A stretch of DNA of 60,898 nucleotides. Source: a bacterium. GTDB taxonomy: Bacteria > Patescibacteriota > Minisyncoccia > Phycocordibacterales > JAUSHB01. The notes beneath the pieces are model-generated. The model did not search any database. It was not told where the DNA came from and saw only the letters and a program-made list of their open reading frames with translations. How positions within the stretch are numbered: position 1 is the first letter of the stretch; each line of letters begins with the position of its first letter. Location: NCBI GenBank assembly GCA_030648955.1, contig JAUSHB010000004.1, positions 1-60,898 of the forward strand, in the 5' to 3' direction. The position numbers and the translations under genes were made by a program. Below are positions 60,281-60,898 of this stretch, piece after piece.

Positions 60281-60898
60281 ATGTTGAAAACGTTGTTTTT
60301 AGCGGTCTCTCTTGCTGTGTTTGATCATACAAGAAAGACCCAAGTTCAAGCGGTATTGCTCGGAATTTTCTTTGTTCTCCTCATGGCACCATCTACGGTG
60401 CTATTTTTTATGCCCCAGCAGGTTGATGCGTTTGGGGTTACGTGTACTAATACAAAAGTTGCTTACCACGTTAATGGAGATAGAGAGACGGCGTATCTCT
60501 ATGCCACTCATGCGTTACCAGGGAGCGAACTTTATTACGGTGAATTTCATCCCACATATGGTTCGCACTATATATACAACAAAGGGTGTCCCGCAAACGT
60601 TAATTTGCTTTGTTCCTATGAACATGGATACGCATTTGCTTGCGATGCAACTGTCGAACAATATCCCAATCCCGCAATTGTACCCCCCGTCATCATCCCC
60701 CCTACAATCCCTCCCGTGAGCGTTTCTCTGTGGCTCTCCAGCGACGCAACTTCTGCCACCATCGACTACAACCAGACGGCAACACTCTACTGGAGTTCAA
60801 AAAACGCCAAATCATGCACGGCATCAGGCGATTGGACCGGCCCTAAAACAGTAAATTCTGCAAATGATAATACGGGAGGGTATGACGGCGATGAACGG
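60281..60898 (+). CDS. Secreted/surface protein with Ig-like repeat (3' partial; absent from ORF track)
   Basis: My translation from ATG 60281 is open to the window end: MLKTLFLAVSL...TATLYWSSKNAKSCTASGDWTG. Confidence 0.75.
   Translation, partial: MLKTLFLAVSLAVFDHTRKTQVQAVLLGIFFVLLMAPSTVLFFMPQQVDAFGVTCTNTKVAYHVNGDRETAYLYATHALPGSELYYGEFHPTYGSHYIYNKGCPANVNLLCSYEHGYAFACDATVEQYPNPAIVPPVIIPPTIPPVSVSLWLSSDATSATIDYNQTATLYWSSKNAKSCTASGDWTGPKTVNSANDNTGGYDGDER

Overview
60.9 kb of a bacterial chromosome, genetic code 11, most likely Patescibacteria/CPR (Parcubacteria-like). This is inferred from the pilin style, absence of Shine-Dalgarno sites, short RF2 and a housekeeping/surface-biased gene content. 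Contents: a type IV pilus locus (pilC, major pilin, pilD, four minor pilins) interrupted by a REP-associated Y1 (HUH) transposase; ligA, gatCA, prfB, ftsEX, pyrG, typA, rnj, secG, groES/EL, lemA, msrB, mgtA; six tRNAs; and several cell-wall/surface proteins. I found no CRISPR array, prophage, integrase or reverse transcriptase. The most unusual signal is in small non-coding DNA. (1) tRNA-Asp and tRNA-Gln are each followed by a 130-160 bp integrase-less element. Each is bounded by a duplicated tRNA 3' end and contains a split antisense copy of its own tRNA's 3' end around a 9-bp/CTGC hairpin. (2) A family of ~30 bp CCTGCC...GGCAGG palindromes is inserted in frame into several unrelated proteins, including one nested insertion. 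(3) An 84-bp inverted-repeat element sits in a prepilin leader peptide. (4) An NYN gene lies between duplicated 3' ends of a flavoprotein gene, and a 182-bp MITE sits on a stop codon. Functional interpretations of these are inference and untested.
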